Positions 25,949 through 40,277 are shown, counted from the whole stretch's first letter. The stretch: DNA of 62,926 nucleotides, filler included, from Chiloscyllium plagiosum (GCF_004010195.1; 3 parts of one record of this genome joined end to end with filler, not necessarily neighbours in it), one strand, 5' to 3'. Program-made: numbers and translations. Notes: generated by a model not told the origin, from the sequence alone.

Positions 25949-27959
25949 CTACAGCTTAAATTAAGAAAAGAAAGAACAGTAACAACTTGTGTAAAACAGT
26001 TAGGATAAAACAGGTATTCTGTGGCAAAGCAGGCAATTGATAAATATTGTTAACAAAGTGTACTACTAAATCAAGTTTTCCCTTTAAGTATGGTTGCAAA
26101 GTTAAATAGCGCTGACAAACCAGTTTGGAGTGAAGGGATACAAAACATACTCGCAACTAAAAAGAATTTGGATTAAATTCTTCAATTTCCATTTCATGAT
26201 GGTGAGAACATCCAGACTTCCAAGGCTGAATAAAGCTGAGTTAGTATTCTTCAAGCTCATTAGCTCTTATCAAGAAATTATCACAGCAGTCCTCTTTGTC
26301 TATTAGCAATAAACCTCACTTAATCTCCACAAGAATGCAATCATGTAATTGATTATGTCACTGGTTGAGGCACTGAACAACTTTCTGTGACCAAGGCACA
26401 GATCAAGTTTGAAAGTAAAGTTATCCTCTGTCTGAATGGAAGCAGGAGACCAGCCAAATATTAGACAGAGATCAAAGACTGAATGTCAATCCTTGCCCTC
26501 AGCTGGACCAGAAAGCAAGAGTTGTAGTTCATCCGTAAAGTCTCTGCCCTGCTTTAATACGTATTTTTTATATTTTAAGTTTCCTAAGTCACTGCACCAG
26601 ACTGTCTTGTGTTGTCTGTTGGGAAAACTTTCAAGTAGATTTTGGGATTTGAGTTTAAATTGTAACCCACAACTTAAACATAGAGCAAAGCATGCAAGTA
26701 AATCTTTTGTGGGACTTGCATTACAAAGGCAATGCAAGTTCACCAAACATTTGGTGTGCAATATATTCAGGTAAAACTATTTTTTCAAGAATTATATATC
26801 AATTTCACTAATTATGATTAGAAATATTATTTTCTTATCATCTTTGTTAAACATCTTTTAATGTTTAAAAAGCTTTTAAAAACTTGTCTGTGAAGCTGCA
26901 TAATCTTTAATTAATGTAAGCAATTGTGAAAGAAGTCTTTAAAGTAAAATATACTTAAAATGAATTGGTGGCAAAATAATTGGTATTACAACTTTATCAA
27001 ATTGTTGACAGGTATTGGACTTCGTTTTGTTTTCTAAATATGTTGATATATTTATACTCTTGAACTTCAGTGGGGTGGTGGATAGGTGGATGATGGGTGA
27101 GGTGGGGAATTTGTAAGGTGGACTGTGATGAGTTTAGACATGCGGGTAAGGAGGGATCAGACACTGCTCACAATTTTGACTTATGAGTAAATTTAAAATC
27201 CTTTCTAATATAACTTCTGCTATTAAACACTCCCAATTCACATCCTAAACCTGTGATTGATAGGTGTAGGTATCTCAGATTAAATTTCTGGGCAAGTTCA
27301 GCATGTCAAGCCCAAGTCTCCAATGACGAGATCAATTTTAGAGGTATTCGCACAGGATTCCGGGCAGCATAATTTTGCCCATTGGAAGTTTGAAGTTTGC
27401 ATGTTAGTATCATCAGGATCCCATTAATGCAACAATGGTGAACATCTCAACATTGCTGTAAACTTCAGTTGGAAGATCCATGCGTTATATTCCATCAATT
27501 CAATCAGAAAATTATATTGCTTGAGCTTGCAAATGTGCAAGCATTCAAACCATAGATGTAATAGGCCCAGATTTTGTCACAACTGATAGCAAAAATTCAA
27601 GAAGTTGACAATCTCAAGTCCCACTCCAAGACCTAGCATTTCTGAATTTTATATGGGCAGAATTGGGTTGCTCTGCAGTTCATGCCTGTGCTGACCCACA
27701 CACATTGAGCTATTTAAATCATAGAATCAAAGAATTTAAATGACCAACTGTCTCTGATGAAATTGGATTTTGGAGTCACTACAGTGTGAATTCAGACTGA
27801 GATTAGACCAAGTGAGAGCAGATCTGTTCTCAGTGCATTTCTCTTAGAGCCAGTGGAGCCTTTTGAAGAGGTAAAATCTTCCTTTGGAGGAAGGAACTCT
27901 GCCTCTGCAGTTTTAAAATGTAAGGTTCATCAATGTATAAAGAAATGCATTTTTAAAAA

Positions 27960-29970
27960 AATCATTCATTAACTGTGGGGTATTGCTGACCAGGTCAGCA
28001 TTTATTGCCCATCCCTAACTGTCTTGGTTAGCATGGTGGTGAGCTGATTTTTTTGAAATGTTGCAGTCCTTGGGGCACAGGGTCACTCACAATACTGTTA
28101 GGAATTGAGTTGCAGATGTTGTCACCACATCGGTGAAGGAATGGTGATTTATTTCCACATTCACTAGATCTTAAGAAACAGATAAAAACATTGACCACTA
28201 CAAAGGCCAGAGGCCCTGACAACATTCTGGCAATAGTACAGATGATTGGCAAATTCTGAAGCACATTCTCTTAGCCAAGCTGCTCCAGTGCAGCTACAAC
28301 ACTGGGATCTCCATGGTAATGTAGAAAATTGCTCAGATACCTCCTGCCCACAAAAGCACAACTTGCCCTATCCCTCTACTATCAATCAGAAAATTGAAGG
28401 AAGACGTTATTGACAGTGCTCAATAACCTGCTCATTGCTGCTGAGTTTGGGCTCTGCCAGGCTGATTCAACTCCGAACCTCATTACAGCCTTGGTCCTAA
28501 AACATGAACAAAAGAGCTAAGATCAAAAGGTAAATCTACCTGCTATTAACATAAAAGCAGCATTTGACTGAATGTGCATCAGGAACTCCAGCATCAAGTA
28601 ATTTGGTTAATGAAAATCAACCAGATCAGCCACAAGACATCACATTGGAGTTCCTAATGGTACACTTCTAGGCCTAACCAACTTCGGGCTACTTTATCAA
28701 TGAAGTTCCTTTCATCACAATGCATGACGATGACTGCATAATGTTCAATGACTTTGCAATTCCTCAGGTAATGAAACAAACCCTATCCAAATGCAACAAG
28801 ATCTTGACGACATTCAGGCTTGGATTGATAAATGGCATATAATATTCTAAGCATAGAAGTGTCAGGCAATGACCTTTCTGACCAAGAGATAATCTCATAA
28901 TTGTCCCCTACCTTATCATCACTATCAACATTTTTGATTTACTACTGACCAGAAACGTACTGAACTAACTATGGTGTTCCCATGCATCTACTGCCTTATA
29001 CTTCTAGTTGACGGATGTCATGGATTTGGAAGGTGGTATCATTGGAGTCTTGGTGAGTTACTTAGTTCATCCTATAGATAAACACATTGTAACCATTTTT
29101 GATCAATGGTGAAAGCAGTAAATGTTGAAATTGGTAGCTTTGTCTTGGATAGTATCAAGCCCCTTAAATGTTGAAGTTCCACTCATCCATGCAAATAAAG
29201 AATTCTTCATCACACAGCTGACTTCTGCCTTACAGATTATGGTGAGACAGGAGGTACATTATCTGCTACAGAATTCCTTATCTCTGAATTGATATTTGAT
29301 TTATATGGCCAGCTGCAGTATGTATATGGCTAGTTGAGCTCAGTTTCTGGCCAACTATAACTACAAAATTTTGACAGTGTGGGATTCAACAATGGTAACA
29401 CCATTGAAGGGTCAATGGCTTGACCTTTTCTTGTGGAGGCAATACCTGGCCCTTTTGTGGTGTAAATATTAACTGCCACTTGTCAGATCAAGCCTGGATA
29501 TTGTCCAGGCCATGGGTTACTTCTATACCTAAGGTGTCGTGCATGGTCTGAATTCTATGCAATCATCAGTAAACATCTACATTTCTGATGCAATGGCAGA
29601 AGGAAGGTAACGATGAAGCAGCTGAAGGTCATTGAGCCTCAGTCTTGAGAAACTCCTGCAGTGATGGCCTGAGGCTGAGAAAATTGATTTTCAACAACCA
29701 CGACGATCTTTCATTTGTGCTAGGTATGAACAGCAAAGAGTTTTTCTCCTGATTTCCACTGACCTCTGTTTTGCCATGGCACCTTGATGCCACAGTTAAT
29801 TAAAATGCCACTCACTCCTCACTGCTTTTGTTCAGATTTTCACTTAGACTATAACAAGCTGAATAGTGCTGGCAGAATAGAAACTGAGCATAAATGGGAC
29901 GGTTAATTTCTGGTGATAGCCCAGGTGACAACTCATTCCACCACTTCGCTGATGACTGAGATTATGATTT
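27960..29970. mobile_element. Cluster of ancient CR1/L2-group LINE fragments in both orientations
   Basis: Plus strand about 28170-28970 (KA.GPDNI, DIKAAFD and QQDLDDIQAWIDKW remnants); minus strand about 28970-29970. Confidence 0.6.
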
Positions 29971-30179
29971 CAACTGACAAAGCTGACAACACTGTAAAGG
30001 AACTATTAACTGAACTTAATAGTATGGAGTCAAAATAAACAACACTGGCCAGGTATTTCATTGTTCCTGTTGACATAACCATTATAAGAGTCGTTTGCAA
30101 TGATCCCCAAACTATCATTTTCACAACACTGTGTCTATCAAACATTGACAGACAGCACCAACAGTTCATAAATGGAAAT

Positions 30180-30410
30180 TGAAATAACTCCAGAGGCCAG
30201 TATCCCGTTACCAATCACCCTTTATTTACACATGGAGAATCCTTATCACTGGTCCGGCTTCTTCAGAGCCAGCTCTCAGAGTAAACAGAACCTCTGACAC
30301 TCCTGTTTATATCTGTCAACTAGCTCCCTGATTGGACCAGGTTAACACCAAAAATCAGGGAACTCATATTCTATGATGTCCATCTGCCTGACCTCGTTAC
30401 AATCACTATA
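30180..30410 (-). mobile_element. Short solo LTR (231 bp)
   Basis: TG...(C>T)A ends with a perfect 5-bp TSD GAAAT. On the minus strand CCAAT, TATAAA and AATAAA occur in U3-R order. Confidence 0.8.
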
Positions 30411-32511
30411 GAAATGCTTGCATGTACTGGGGATAAAGCATGTAAGTGGGATGTATTTTTAAAATAATAGATTATTTGAAAGAAGGTTAATGCACTGAAA
30501 TCTTTTATAAATGAGTGTATTTTTCCAATAGTGACACTTTAGTAGATAAATAAAATTATTTTCTGTCAGCATGCCTTCTGATACATATGTAACACACATA
30601 AAACACTCATGGTGGAAGGTGAATTGTCATGGAAGAGGAAAAGTAAAGGTTGTAGGTTTAGGGAAGATGAGTTGATCTTGGGACTATAAAGGACTACGGG
30701 AAAGACTACAGGAAAGACTAAGGGCAGAGCAGGTTTGAGGAGCATGAATTGTTGATACATAAAATACAATGATATAGAAAGAATGATAAGCCATGGCAGG
30801 TGGCTACAGGGCATAATTTGGTATGGGAGGTGTATACAGAAGCATGGGTTGGTATGGAGGGTGTGATTGCCAGGCATGTGTGTACAGAGTATGGATACGG
30901 AGTGAGGGGTGATAGCAGAAGGAATCCTTTATGTTTTAATTTTGTTTTAAAGAAAACTCTGTCCTCATTTGAATTATTATTTCTTCTGAAATTTCATTTA
31001 TAAACAGCACCAGAGGCCACGTGCAAAATTTGTCCAGCCCTGCCTGGGTAAACAACAGCCCCCTCTGCACATCCAGCGTTGTCCAGCCCAATTCCAAATC
31101 CAGTCTATGCTCCCTTGACCAAAAATATAATGTGTGGGAGGCCACTTTTAAAGCTGGATTGGAGCAGCCAAGTTTGTCTAGCCTCTGCACACCCAAACCA
31201 AGATTGAAAAATCAAATACAATTGAGTGTAATGCTTTACTCAACCCACCTCGAAATATGCAAGGGCTGAACATCTGCAAAGTAATTCCCACTTATCTGAT
31301 GTCACTTGGGTGGAAAAACCACAGAACTGCTGTTACCACTTTAAAAATCATTCATGTTATTAATTTGTGGTTTCATCACTCTTCTGTGGGACCTCCAGCA
31401 TAAGATTGCAAGAATCTTTATGCTAATCTAAACTCTTATATGTGGATTATAGTGATGAATCTCAGTATCAGATTGATAGTTAGGTGCTCATTGTCACATG
31501 TGCTGCTGAGTTTTAGCTTAAAGACTCAATACCCAACTCAAATTGGAAAATACGTGCGCTCCTTTACTATGAAATGTAAATTTAAACATTAAACATTGTT
31601 CCACCATAGTCAGCAAAGGTATCATTTTTATATTCAATATATATTTGGGTATCACCGTTTCAGTTGCTTGACAAAAATATCCACATAAATTGCAAATATC
31701 ATGGAAAATATTTTCTTGAAGCATTCTGCAGGCAAAATAAAATATGTTGATTAAACATCTGTTTTATTTAGTTATTTGTGGAATGTGGGCAGGGCAACAC
31801 AGGCAAAACAGTATTTACTAAATCTCTCTAATTTCTCTTGAATGTTATTGACTCACCACACCGAGTGAGACTGGAGTAATGTGTAAATCAGACTGAGAAG
31901 AGATGGCAGGTTCCCCTTTTTGGTGGGTGTTATTGAATCACTCTGATTCAAACTAGGTTTATGGAGTTCAATTCCATAATTTGTCAAGGTAGAATATGGG
32001 TGCTGAACCACTAAGTTGCTCGTCGAATGCCAAATCGTTTCTGTAACAAATGTCACTCGAAAATCTCATTTTCTTCCTCTAATCATTCCTATCACACTTT
32101 ACTTATAACTTACTGTGAGAAAATACCGCCTCCTTCAACTTCCTTAGTAATGTAATGGGAGAGCTTCTGGCAGTTGAATAAAAATCATGTTATTTGTGAA
32201 TATTTTGAATAGTGTTTTTTTAAATTGAACTTCTGGAGGGAATAGTACTTCTGTTATTTTATTTAAGCCATGGGAAGATGAATCTATACCAGTTTCAAGC
32301 ATATGTTAACTAAGGTTTATTTGGTTAAGGTGGTTTACCTTCACCCAAACACCAGTAGCGTTTCCCCAAACAACTTTATGTAAGTAATAAACAATCTGTT
32401 CAGAGCTGTTATTATACACCTCTAGAGCAGGTGGGACTTGAACAAAGCCTCCATACTCAGAGTTAAAAATCACACAACACCAGGTTATAGTACAACACGT
32501 TTAATTGGAAG

Positions 32512-32550
32512 CACACTAGCTTTCGGAGCGACGCTCCTTCATCAGGTGAT
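32512..32550 (-). ncRNA. Minimal type-I hammerhead ribozyme (PLE-type) within Penelope fragment 32462-32743
   Basis: CAC-CUGAUGA-A-GGAGC guc GCUCC-GAAAGCUA-GUG; AGCU palindromic stem III. Confidence 0.75.
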
Positions 32551-32743
32551 TGTGGAGGGCTCAATCTTAACACAGAATTTATAGCAAAAATTTGCAGTGT
32601 GATGTAACTGTTAAGCCTTTCATCTGTTAGAACACAGTGATAGTTTCACTTCTTTCATGTGTAAATCACAAAACCCTTTTTTTATAAAGTTGCATTCTCG
32701 GGTTAGCTGTTAACAATGGTGATAGCTAGACAATATGTTGAAG

Positions 32744-32843
32744 NNNNNNNNNNNNNNNNNNNNNNNNNNNNNNNNNNNNNNNNNNNNTTAATTAATTAAN
32801 NNNNNNNNNNNNNNNNNNNNNNNNNNNNNNNNNNNNNNNNNNN
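32744..32843. other. Artificial scaffold spacer N44-TTAATTAATTAA-N44
   Basis: Same structure as 18962-19061. Confidence 0.95.
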
Positions 32844-33090
32844 CACCTTACCTTGATGTTCAATGGCATTACCATTGCTGAATTCTCCACTAACAATATC
32901 CTGGACTGACCATTGTCACAAACCGAGCTGGAGTAGCCATTTAAGCACAGTGGCTTGAAGAGCAGGGCAGAGGCTAAGAATCTCTGTAGTGAGTAGCTTA
33001 CCTCCTGATGCCCCAGAGTCTTTCCACCATCTACAAAGCACACGTCCGCATTGTGATGGAATACTCCCCACTTGCTTGGATGAGTGTAGT
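32844..33090 (+). mobile_element. Ancient LINE RT C-terminal fragment
   Basis: Translates as IYKAHVRIVMEYSPLAWMS. Confidence 0.7.
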
Positions 33091-33315
33091 CTAACCCACC
33101 TAGCCTACACATCCTTGGACAATACAAGGTAACTTAGTATGGCCAGTCCATCTAACCCACACATCTTTGGAATCTGGGAGGAAATCAAAGCCACCAGAGG
33201 AAAATCACACAGACCCAGGGAGAATGTCCAAACTCCAGTCACCCGAGGCTAGAATCAAACCCGGCTCCGTGGGGCTGTGAGGCAGCAGTGCTAACCACTG
33301 AGCCACCTTGCTGCC
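33090..33315 (-). mobile_element. V-SINE (HE1-like), degenerate
   Basis: Reverse tRNA head (gcagcagtgctaaccactgagccacc) and V-domain. Confidence 0.8.
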
Positions 33316-34229
33316 TGTCCATGAAATGGGTTGCATGAGGATTCCTTTGGTCTTTTCCAAATGGCTATGGTGATGCTCTGAACGGCAATGGGAGCACACC
33401 TCCTGCCCACCCTTTGGAGCTCTTCCCAGATCCTGTGTGGTGGAATGTTTAAGGCATCATGTGAGAGATGTCATTCCCCAGCAATGCTACTCTGGATTAT
33501 CAGGTGAGATTATGTGCTCAGGAACTTGGAGTGCAACTCAAAGCAACAACTCTCTGACTCAGAGGTGAGAGGGTTACCTCTGAGGCACTGCTGAAGCAAA
33601 GGGTGTTAAATAAACAAGCTGAGCTTGACATGGATGGAAGGAGAAAATTCTCTGGTATCCGGTGTCCTGATGTCACATTCAAGACAGTTGTAAATGTTTG
33701 CTATAGCATTGAACAAGAGAATGTCATAACTTTATTGATTATGAGAAAAAAGAAACATTTCTCCCCTTTCAGTACTTCCAACCCCTATGTTAAAGAATAC
33801 AGATACCTGAACAAAGTTAAAACAATAACCATACAAACATCCAAGTATTGATTGCTTGAATGTGAGCATTCCCTGCAGTAAACTATATTCAAATTGTAGA
33901 ATTTGTTTTATATCTAAGGGCCGGTCCCTTTGCAGATTTGAGAGTCCATTGGCACTTCTTTGAGACTGAACCTAAATGCTGAGAATTGACAGTACAGCTC
34001 ACCATCCTGGGTGTTACATCTGGTCTTGAACTAATTTCCTATCCAAAGTGCAACCCTTAGTAAGGATGAAGTGGAGAAGAAGGATAGAAGATCTCGCGAG
34101 AGAAGCTAAGGTTTTTCTGCTGCCTTGTCTCTGGCACTGACATTAGTTGTAGCTTCAATACTTAAGGCTCAGCCATTGTCTACCTCTGTATGGACTAGCA
34201 ATCACAACAGGGGACGTACAGTCACAGTG

Positions 34230-34850
34230 TCATAGAGATGTATAGCACGAAAACAGACCCTTCGGTCCAACTTGTCCATGCCAGTCAGATATTCTATATT
34301 AATCTAGTCCCACTTGCCAGTATTTGGGCAATGTCCCTTTAAACTCTTCCTCTTCATATACCCATCCAGATGCCTTTTAAAAATGTTGCAATTGTACCAA
34401 CCTCCACCACTTCCTCTGGCAGTTCATTCCACGCACGCACCACCCGCTGTGTGAAAAGGTTACCCTTAAATCCCTTTTAAACACTTCCCATCTCATCTTA
34501 AACGTATACCCTCTAGTTTTGATCTCCGCCACCCCTTGGCTACTCATTCTATCCAGGCCTCTCATGATTTTATAAAGCTCTATTAGGTCACCCCTCAGCC
34601 TCCGACGCTCCAGGGAAAACAGTCCCAGCCTATTCAGCCTCTCTCTATAGCTCAAACCCTGCAAACCTGGCAACATCCTTGTAAATCTTTACTGAACCCT
34701 TTCAAGTGTCACAACATCTCAACCCTTTCAAGTTTCACAACAGGGAGACCAGAATTGAAGGTAGTATTCCAAAAAAAGGCCTAATCGACCAGATCAACAC
34801 CTCTACTCAATGCTCTGATCAATAAAGGATGTGTACCAAACATCTTGGTA
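34230..34850 (-). mobile_element. CR1 3' fragment
   Basis: LSYRERLNRLGLFSLERRRLRGDLIELYKIM. Confidence 0.88.
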
Positions 34851-35524
34851 AAATCTAGTCAGTGTCGCTCTTAGTGGAGCAACTGCCCATAATTCTACTG
34901 AGCAAACTGTGCAAAATATTCATTAAAAAGCAACATTGCTAGATAGCCATTAAATTTGCTGACACTCTTTCGTGCCTTTGCAGTATAAATAGGACAGTCA
35001 TTTGGGATCAGGAAGTTTCCTTTCACAGCTGCTGATTTAACATTTGCAACTTTGCCTATACGTCACCCAGTTGAGTCACCATCCTGTTCCACCTGCTGCC
35101 TGAATATCTGCTGAAATGTAAAACACACTAATCTGACAGTAAAACTGCAACAAGGCAGTTACAACACTGTGCCTCATGAGCCACTTCCACCTCACACCTG
35201 GACATTGCTGTCACTATGTAAGATCTCCTCTGGGAATAATTGAGTGAGATTCAGCATATTCAGCTTTCTATAACCAGAACTAATCACACTTTGCATTAAC
35301 TCTTTGAGGTATCTTTAAAGAAATGGATTAAGAATTTCGGGAGCTGTTTGCAGTAACTGAATAATGAACAATTTGATTAATAATTTGGTAATTTATCATT
35401 GACCAGCAATTGAATTGTACTTACCATATCAATACAGTGGATACAACAGCAAGTCAGACGCTGGGAAGCCTGCAACAGAAGACTGACTTCCTGACTCTCA
35501 AAGCCTGCCCAACATCCATAAAAG

Positions 35525-36408
35525 ATCACCTGTCCTTCGGTGAGAAGTTTATGAAGAAAAACACCTTTGACCACAAGTCGATTAGGAAGTGGTCAGCACG
35601 TAGTGTCCTTGAGACACTTCGGGAAAAGGAGAGGCCGGAGCCTATCGAGCAGTTCCCTGAGTAGACTGTCAAAGCCATTTGGCAGAATGCCTCATCGCCA
35701 GAACTTTCCAACACGCACCAAGACATGGCTTGGCTGGTGGTGAGAAGGGCTCTGCCTGTGAGATCCTTTATGCACGCCCGGACTCTCAGCCGCACCGCAC
35801 ACTGCCCTCGAAGTGGCTGCGAGGGGGTCGAGACTGTCACACACCTCCTTCTGGAATGTGCCTATGCAGAGGGAGTCTGGAGAGGAATGCAGTGGTGTTT
35901 GTCGAGGTTCGTCCCGAGCAGCGCCGTGACGCAGGACTCTGTGCTATATGATCTGTTCCCCGGGACGCATACCGAGACGAACATCAACTGTGCCTGGAGG
36001 ATCATTAACTCGGTGAAGGACGCTCTCTGGGTGGTCCGAAACCTGTTGATCTTCCAGCTGAAGGAGTTGACCCCGACTGAGTGTTGCAGACTGGCACATT
36101 CCATGGTGCAGGACTACGTGTTGAGGGACGCGCTGAAGCTTGGGGCAGCTGCCGTCAAGGCGCGGTGGGGAAAGACCACTGTGTAAAGTCTGCCTGCCTA
36201 ACGAAGAACAGGGGGCCCATGCAGTCATTTGGGCTCTGCTGACGCCTCAGCTAATTATATGGGCATATGATCAAAACATGTACAGACCTGTATAAAAATG
36301 ATAAGTTTTGATCTCTGTATGTACATGTTTACATATGTATGGCATGACCAACTGTACAGACCATCAAATTATTTTATGAATAAAGTATATTTTTGAAATA
36401 AAAAAAAA
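35525..36408 (+). mobile_element. Tx1/L1-clade LINE 3' end (C-terminal zinc finger, AATAAA + poly-A)
   Basis: CPRSGCEGVETVTHLLLEC motif; GC-rich, little decayed; ends aataaagtatatttttgaaataaaaaaaaa. Confidence 0.88.
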
Positions 36409-36859
36409 TTAGGAATCATGGATGGAGAGGTAAGCAGACTACAGCTACATAAAAATTTGAGTTTTCTTTGTTTTCTAGCAATACCTGGCAAATTAATGAG
36501 GAAGGTTTCCCAATTTTCTCGAGGACATAAATTATGATAGGATTGGGGGACATTACTCTGAGAAAGATTTGACAACATGCAAAGTGGAAACATGGTCAAT
36601 TCCTTGGTCAAATAATGATATCCAGAAAATATACTAAGAGAATTTCTGCTTCCCTGAAATTGATCAAGTCAGGACAATTGTCCAATAAAGAAATTCAAAG
36701 CTGGAAATAGGACTTAACATATAGGGGTTTGAGCATGTAACCAAAGAGCTATTAAAGCACTGATTTACCTCTCTGTTAAACAGCTGCTTGTTTGAATTAT
36801 GTCACAATTCAAAATTTGTTCAATATTCCCCCCATACCATCGAACATATTAATCCTTAC

Positions 36860-37057
36860 CTTTGTAGCTAATGAATGTGTAGCACCTGCCTCAAGCAAAA
36901 TGGAAGCCACATCTTCCTGCCCCTCCCTGGCAGAAATGTGTAGTGGAGTGTAACCATTTGTGGTGCAGGCATCTGGAAAAGCCATATGCTGCAACAGCAG
37001 TTGCACAATCTCAGTTTTACCCAACCTTGAGGCAATGTGTAAAGGCGTCTGATCCTC
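36860..37057 (-). CDS. ANK2: Ankyrin-B two-repeat exon ([30 protein letters not shown]...[11 protein letters not shown])
   Basis: 198-nt phase-0 exon, cccag / gtaagg. Confidence 0.96.
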
Positions 37058-37302
37058 CTGGGAGAATAAAATGGAACAAATACAAAACATCCCTTATTCA
37101 TTACAGTTCTGCCTGCAGGATTCATAGCAGGACAACACAATCTCCAGAATTGTCTAAAAACTGAAAAACAATTTAACAAAATAAAATCATTTTTGTGATT
37201 GAATAGAAATAGTTTTTTCAACTAGCTGGACTTATTTTAATTAGATATGTCAGACCTGTGGTCTGTATTATTGAATTACAAACGAGTATTTGCAACAGAA
37301 GC

Positions 37303-37330
37303 TATATATATTATGTTTACACACACACAC

Positions 37331-37361
<31 letters not shown>

Positions 37362-37383
37362 ATATATATGCATGCACACACAC
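37303..37383. repeat. Compound (TA)n/(CA)n microsatellite
   Basis: Directly visible. Confidence 0.9.
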
Positions 37384-38926
37384 TTCGATTTAATTCTTAA
37401 ACCCAACTTCCATTCAATTCAGTGGAATCATCAATCAATCACACTCCAAAAATATATTTGCAGCCCAATTTGCACATTAAAGTGGAAGCCCAGCTATTTC
37501 AAATAGGTGTCCTGTCATAAGCTCAAAACATTCCTGACTCTGGAAATGAACCAGGAAACTGCAGGGATGCCTTACAGCAGCTACTTTTATCTATCACCCT
37601 ATATTGACTTCTGTTAGGTTCACAAAGTTCAAATCTGATGTTCAGTCATCACTGCTCTATGCAGAAGAATCTTGTCAGATCTTGGGCTCATTACTTCGAG
37701 AGAACTTAAGTGTCTTTTACTGATTCACTTTGATCAACAATGACTAGCTATAGCCACACTCCAGACACTGTACAAAGGGTGACAGCTGAACTATGGAAAA
37801 GGAAAGAAAGTCAATATGGAAATTCAACTGAAAGAAATATACATTTCAGAAGATAATTCATATTGACAACAACTGTCCCCCTTCTCTGTAAGATAACTTC
37901 AAATGAATCCATAAAATAATATGTTTCGAGCTGAATGTGGATAATTAACTCAGTTTCAAGTAATTGCCAGATATAACCAATACCCTTTTGTTCAAAAGAT
38001 GTCTTCTTCATGTTAACTGTTGATTACTCAGTGTGCTTTTTTAAGTCAATTTCATATTGAGCTGTCTACTGAAATTGAACTGGCTTTGGATTTGTTACTT
38101 TAGCCTTGACATTCACTCAACAATCTTTAGCCACTGTTTAGCAGCATATTGATTACTGAGCAATTTAGTGTGTAAGATTGAACTCCTGCCCGTACTCAAT
38201 ACCATTCATGGAAATTACAAAGAAATTCTAATCAATAACAAAAATGCAACAATTTGGGGGGAGTTTGTTTTTCCTTCACCTAAACCCCCTATTTTGGTTG
38301 TGAAATCTGTCCCAAAGAATTATTTCAGCAACTTTACGTTTTACAATGCTAATTCACTTTTATTAATGACTGAAAAAAAAACACAAAATATATGCCACAT
38401 GCATAATAACTTATGTTGCAATGTATTAGAGTAAATTTGTTGATGGTATCAAAAATGAGGTTGAAAGAAAAGTCTGGTATTGCTCCTTCCTTAATTGCAT
38501 TCTTTCCTGATAAGTTCTTGCTGTTGTTTCTTAATGCCATGGCTCCTAAAATAAAATTTTGTCAATGAACATCAATGCTACAGTTAGGGACTTAAGGGTG
38601 TAGAAGGAAGATCAGGTTTGGTGGTTTAACGTCTTCTCTAATTGACTGCAATGTCATGTTTTAGCTTTTCCAATAAAAATTGAAAGGACTTAGAACTTGT
38701 AATCTCTACATTACAAATACCTAAACTGAGAGGAAATTGCTTTGTTGTGGAACAAACAAAGGTTAGTTTATCTGATTGCACAGCCCTAACACATGAAAGT
38801 ATGCACTGGGGGACATTTTTGTACAACAACTTGTTTTGTTTAAAAAAAAAAGCTTTGGTCAGTATCAACATCTGAAGTGGCAACAATAATAAACACAATC
38901 TTACAAAGTGTTTTTATGACACCTAC

Positions 38927-39025
38927 TCTAGCTTTGGCATCCACGAGGGCCCCATTGCGCAGTAGGCAGCGCACGACTTCCACCTGTCCAGCTCTTGCAG
39001 CCATGTGCAATGCAGTTTCTCCACG
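38927..39025 (-). CDS. ANK2: Ankyrin-B ANK-repeat exon ([33 protein letters not shown])
   Basis: 99-nt phase-0 exon, ttcttcag / gtaggt. Read manually. Confidence 0.96.
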
Positions 39026-39424
39026 CTGAAGAAAGAAAAATAGTTAATAAGCAAGCTGGAGAGAATCATTGCCATTGTAGACGCAACAGAGAGGTCCATC
39101 CCCATTGTATTCAAGACTAAACCATCAAAGGCAGAAAAATACAGTAGCTGATTTGTTTGTAAAATCACTTCTAATAGTGAGATGCATTTTCCAGATTCGA
39201 TCCCAAAAAATAAGTTCGAGAATAACATTTTATGGGAATCCAAGTGGACAAACTGAGATGTCTCTGAAATCTAAAGGTATTCAATTTAAATAGTTTGTGT
39301 ATTTTAACTTTGTGTGCACAAATCGAGGAGACTAAACATTGGATAACAGTATTAGCCAATGCCCACTGACTGCAATCAAGGCACCCCACTGTCTTCACTC
39401 TTCCTGCTCATTTATATAGTAACA

Positions 39425-40277
39425 CAAGAATTAGGAGTGAGAGTAGGCAATTCAAACCCACCCCATCATTTAACATCAGCATGGCTGATCTTAGCCTGGT
39501 CTCAACTCTACGTTCCCGCCTGCTCCCAATAGCCCTTTATCTTGCTTTTCATTAAAAACATACCGATTTCTTTTTTGAATCTGTTGATTGATTTTGCCTT
39601 CACTGCACTCTGGGGCAACCAGTTCCACAGATTCACAACCCTCAGAGAAGTAGGTTCTCCTCATATCAGTTTTGAACCTACCAAGGGGACATAGCTTTAA
39701 ATTAAGGGGGGGTAGGTATAGGACAGATGTTAGGGGTAGGTTCTTCACTCAGCGAGTCGTGAGTTCATGGAATGCCCTGCCAGTAGCAGTGGTGGACTCT
39801 CCCTCATTATGGGCATTTAAGCGGGCATTGGATAGGCATATGGAGGATAGTGGGCTAGAGTAGGTTAGGTGGGCTTGGATCGGCGCAATATCGAGGGCCG
39901 AAGGGCCTGTACTGCGCTGTATTCTTCTATGTTCCTCCCACTCAATATCTATGACCTCTTATTCGACATTATCCCACAAGGGAGAACATCTGTTCAACAT
40001 CCACCTTATCAATCCTCTTTAGTATTTTATATAACGCAATCAGATCCCCTCTTATTCTTCTGAACTCCAGCAAGTACAAGCCCAAGCTATTCAACCGCTC
40101 CTCGTACAACAGCCATTTCATTCCTGGAATCAGCTTGGTGAACCTCCTCTGAACTGCCTCCAGTTCCACCACATCCTTCCTGAAGTAAGATGACAAAAAC
40201 TGTACATAATACACCAGGTGTGGTCTCACCAATGCCTTATATAATTGTAACAACACTTCTTTACTTTTACAATCCAT
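39425..40277 (-). mobile_element. CR1 3' fragment with a younger opposite-strand CR1 3' end inserted (about 39684-39933)
   Basis: LYKALVRPHL...RRIRGDLI on the minus strand; the insert reads RGHSFKLRGGRYRTDVRGRFFTQRVV on the plus strand. Confidence 0.88.
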
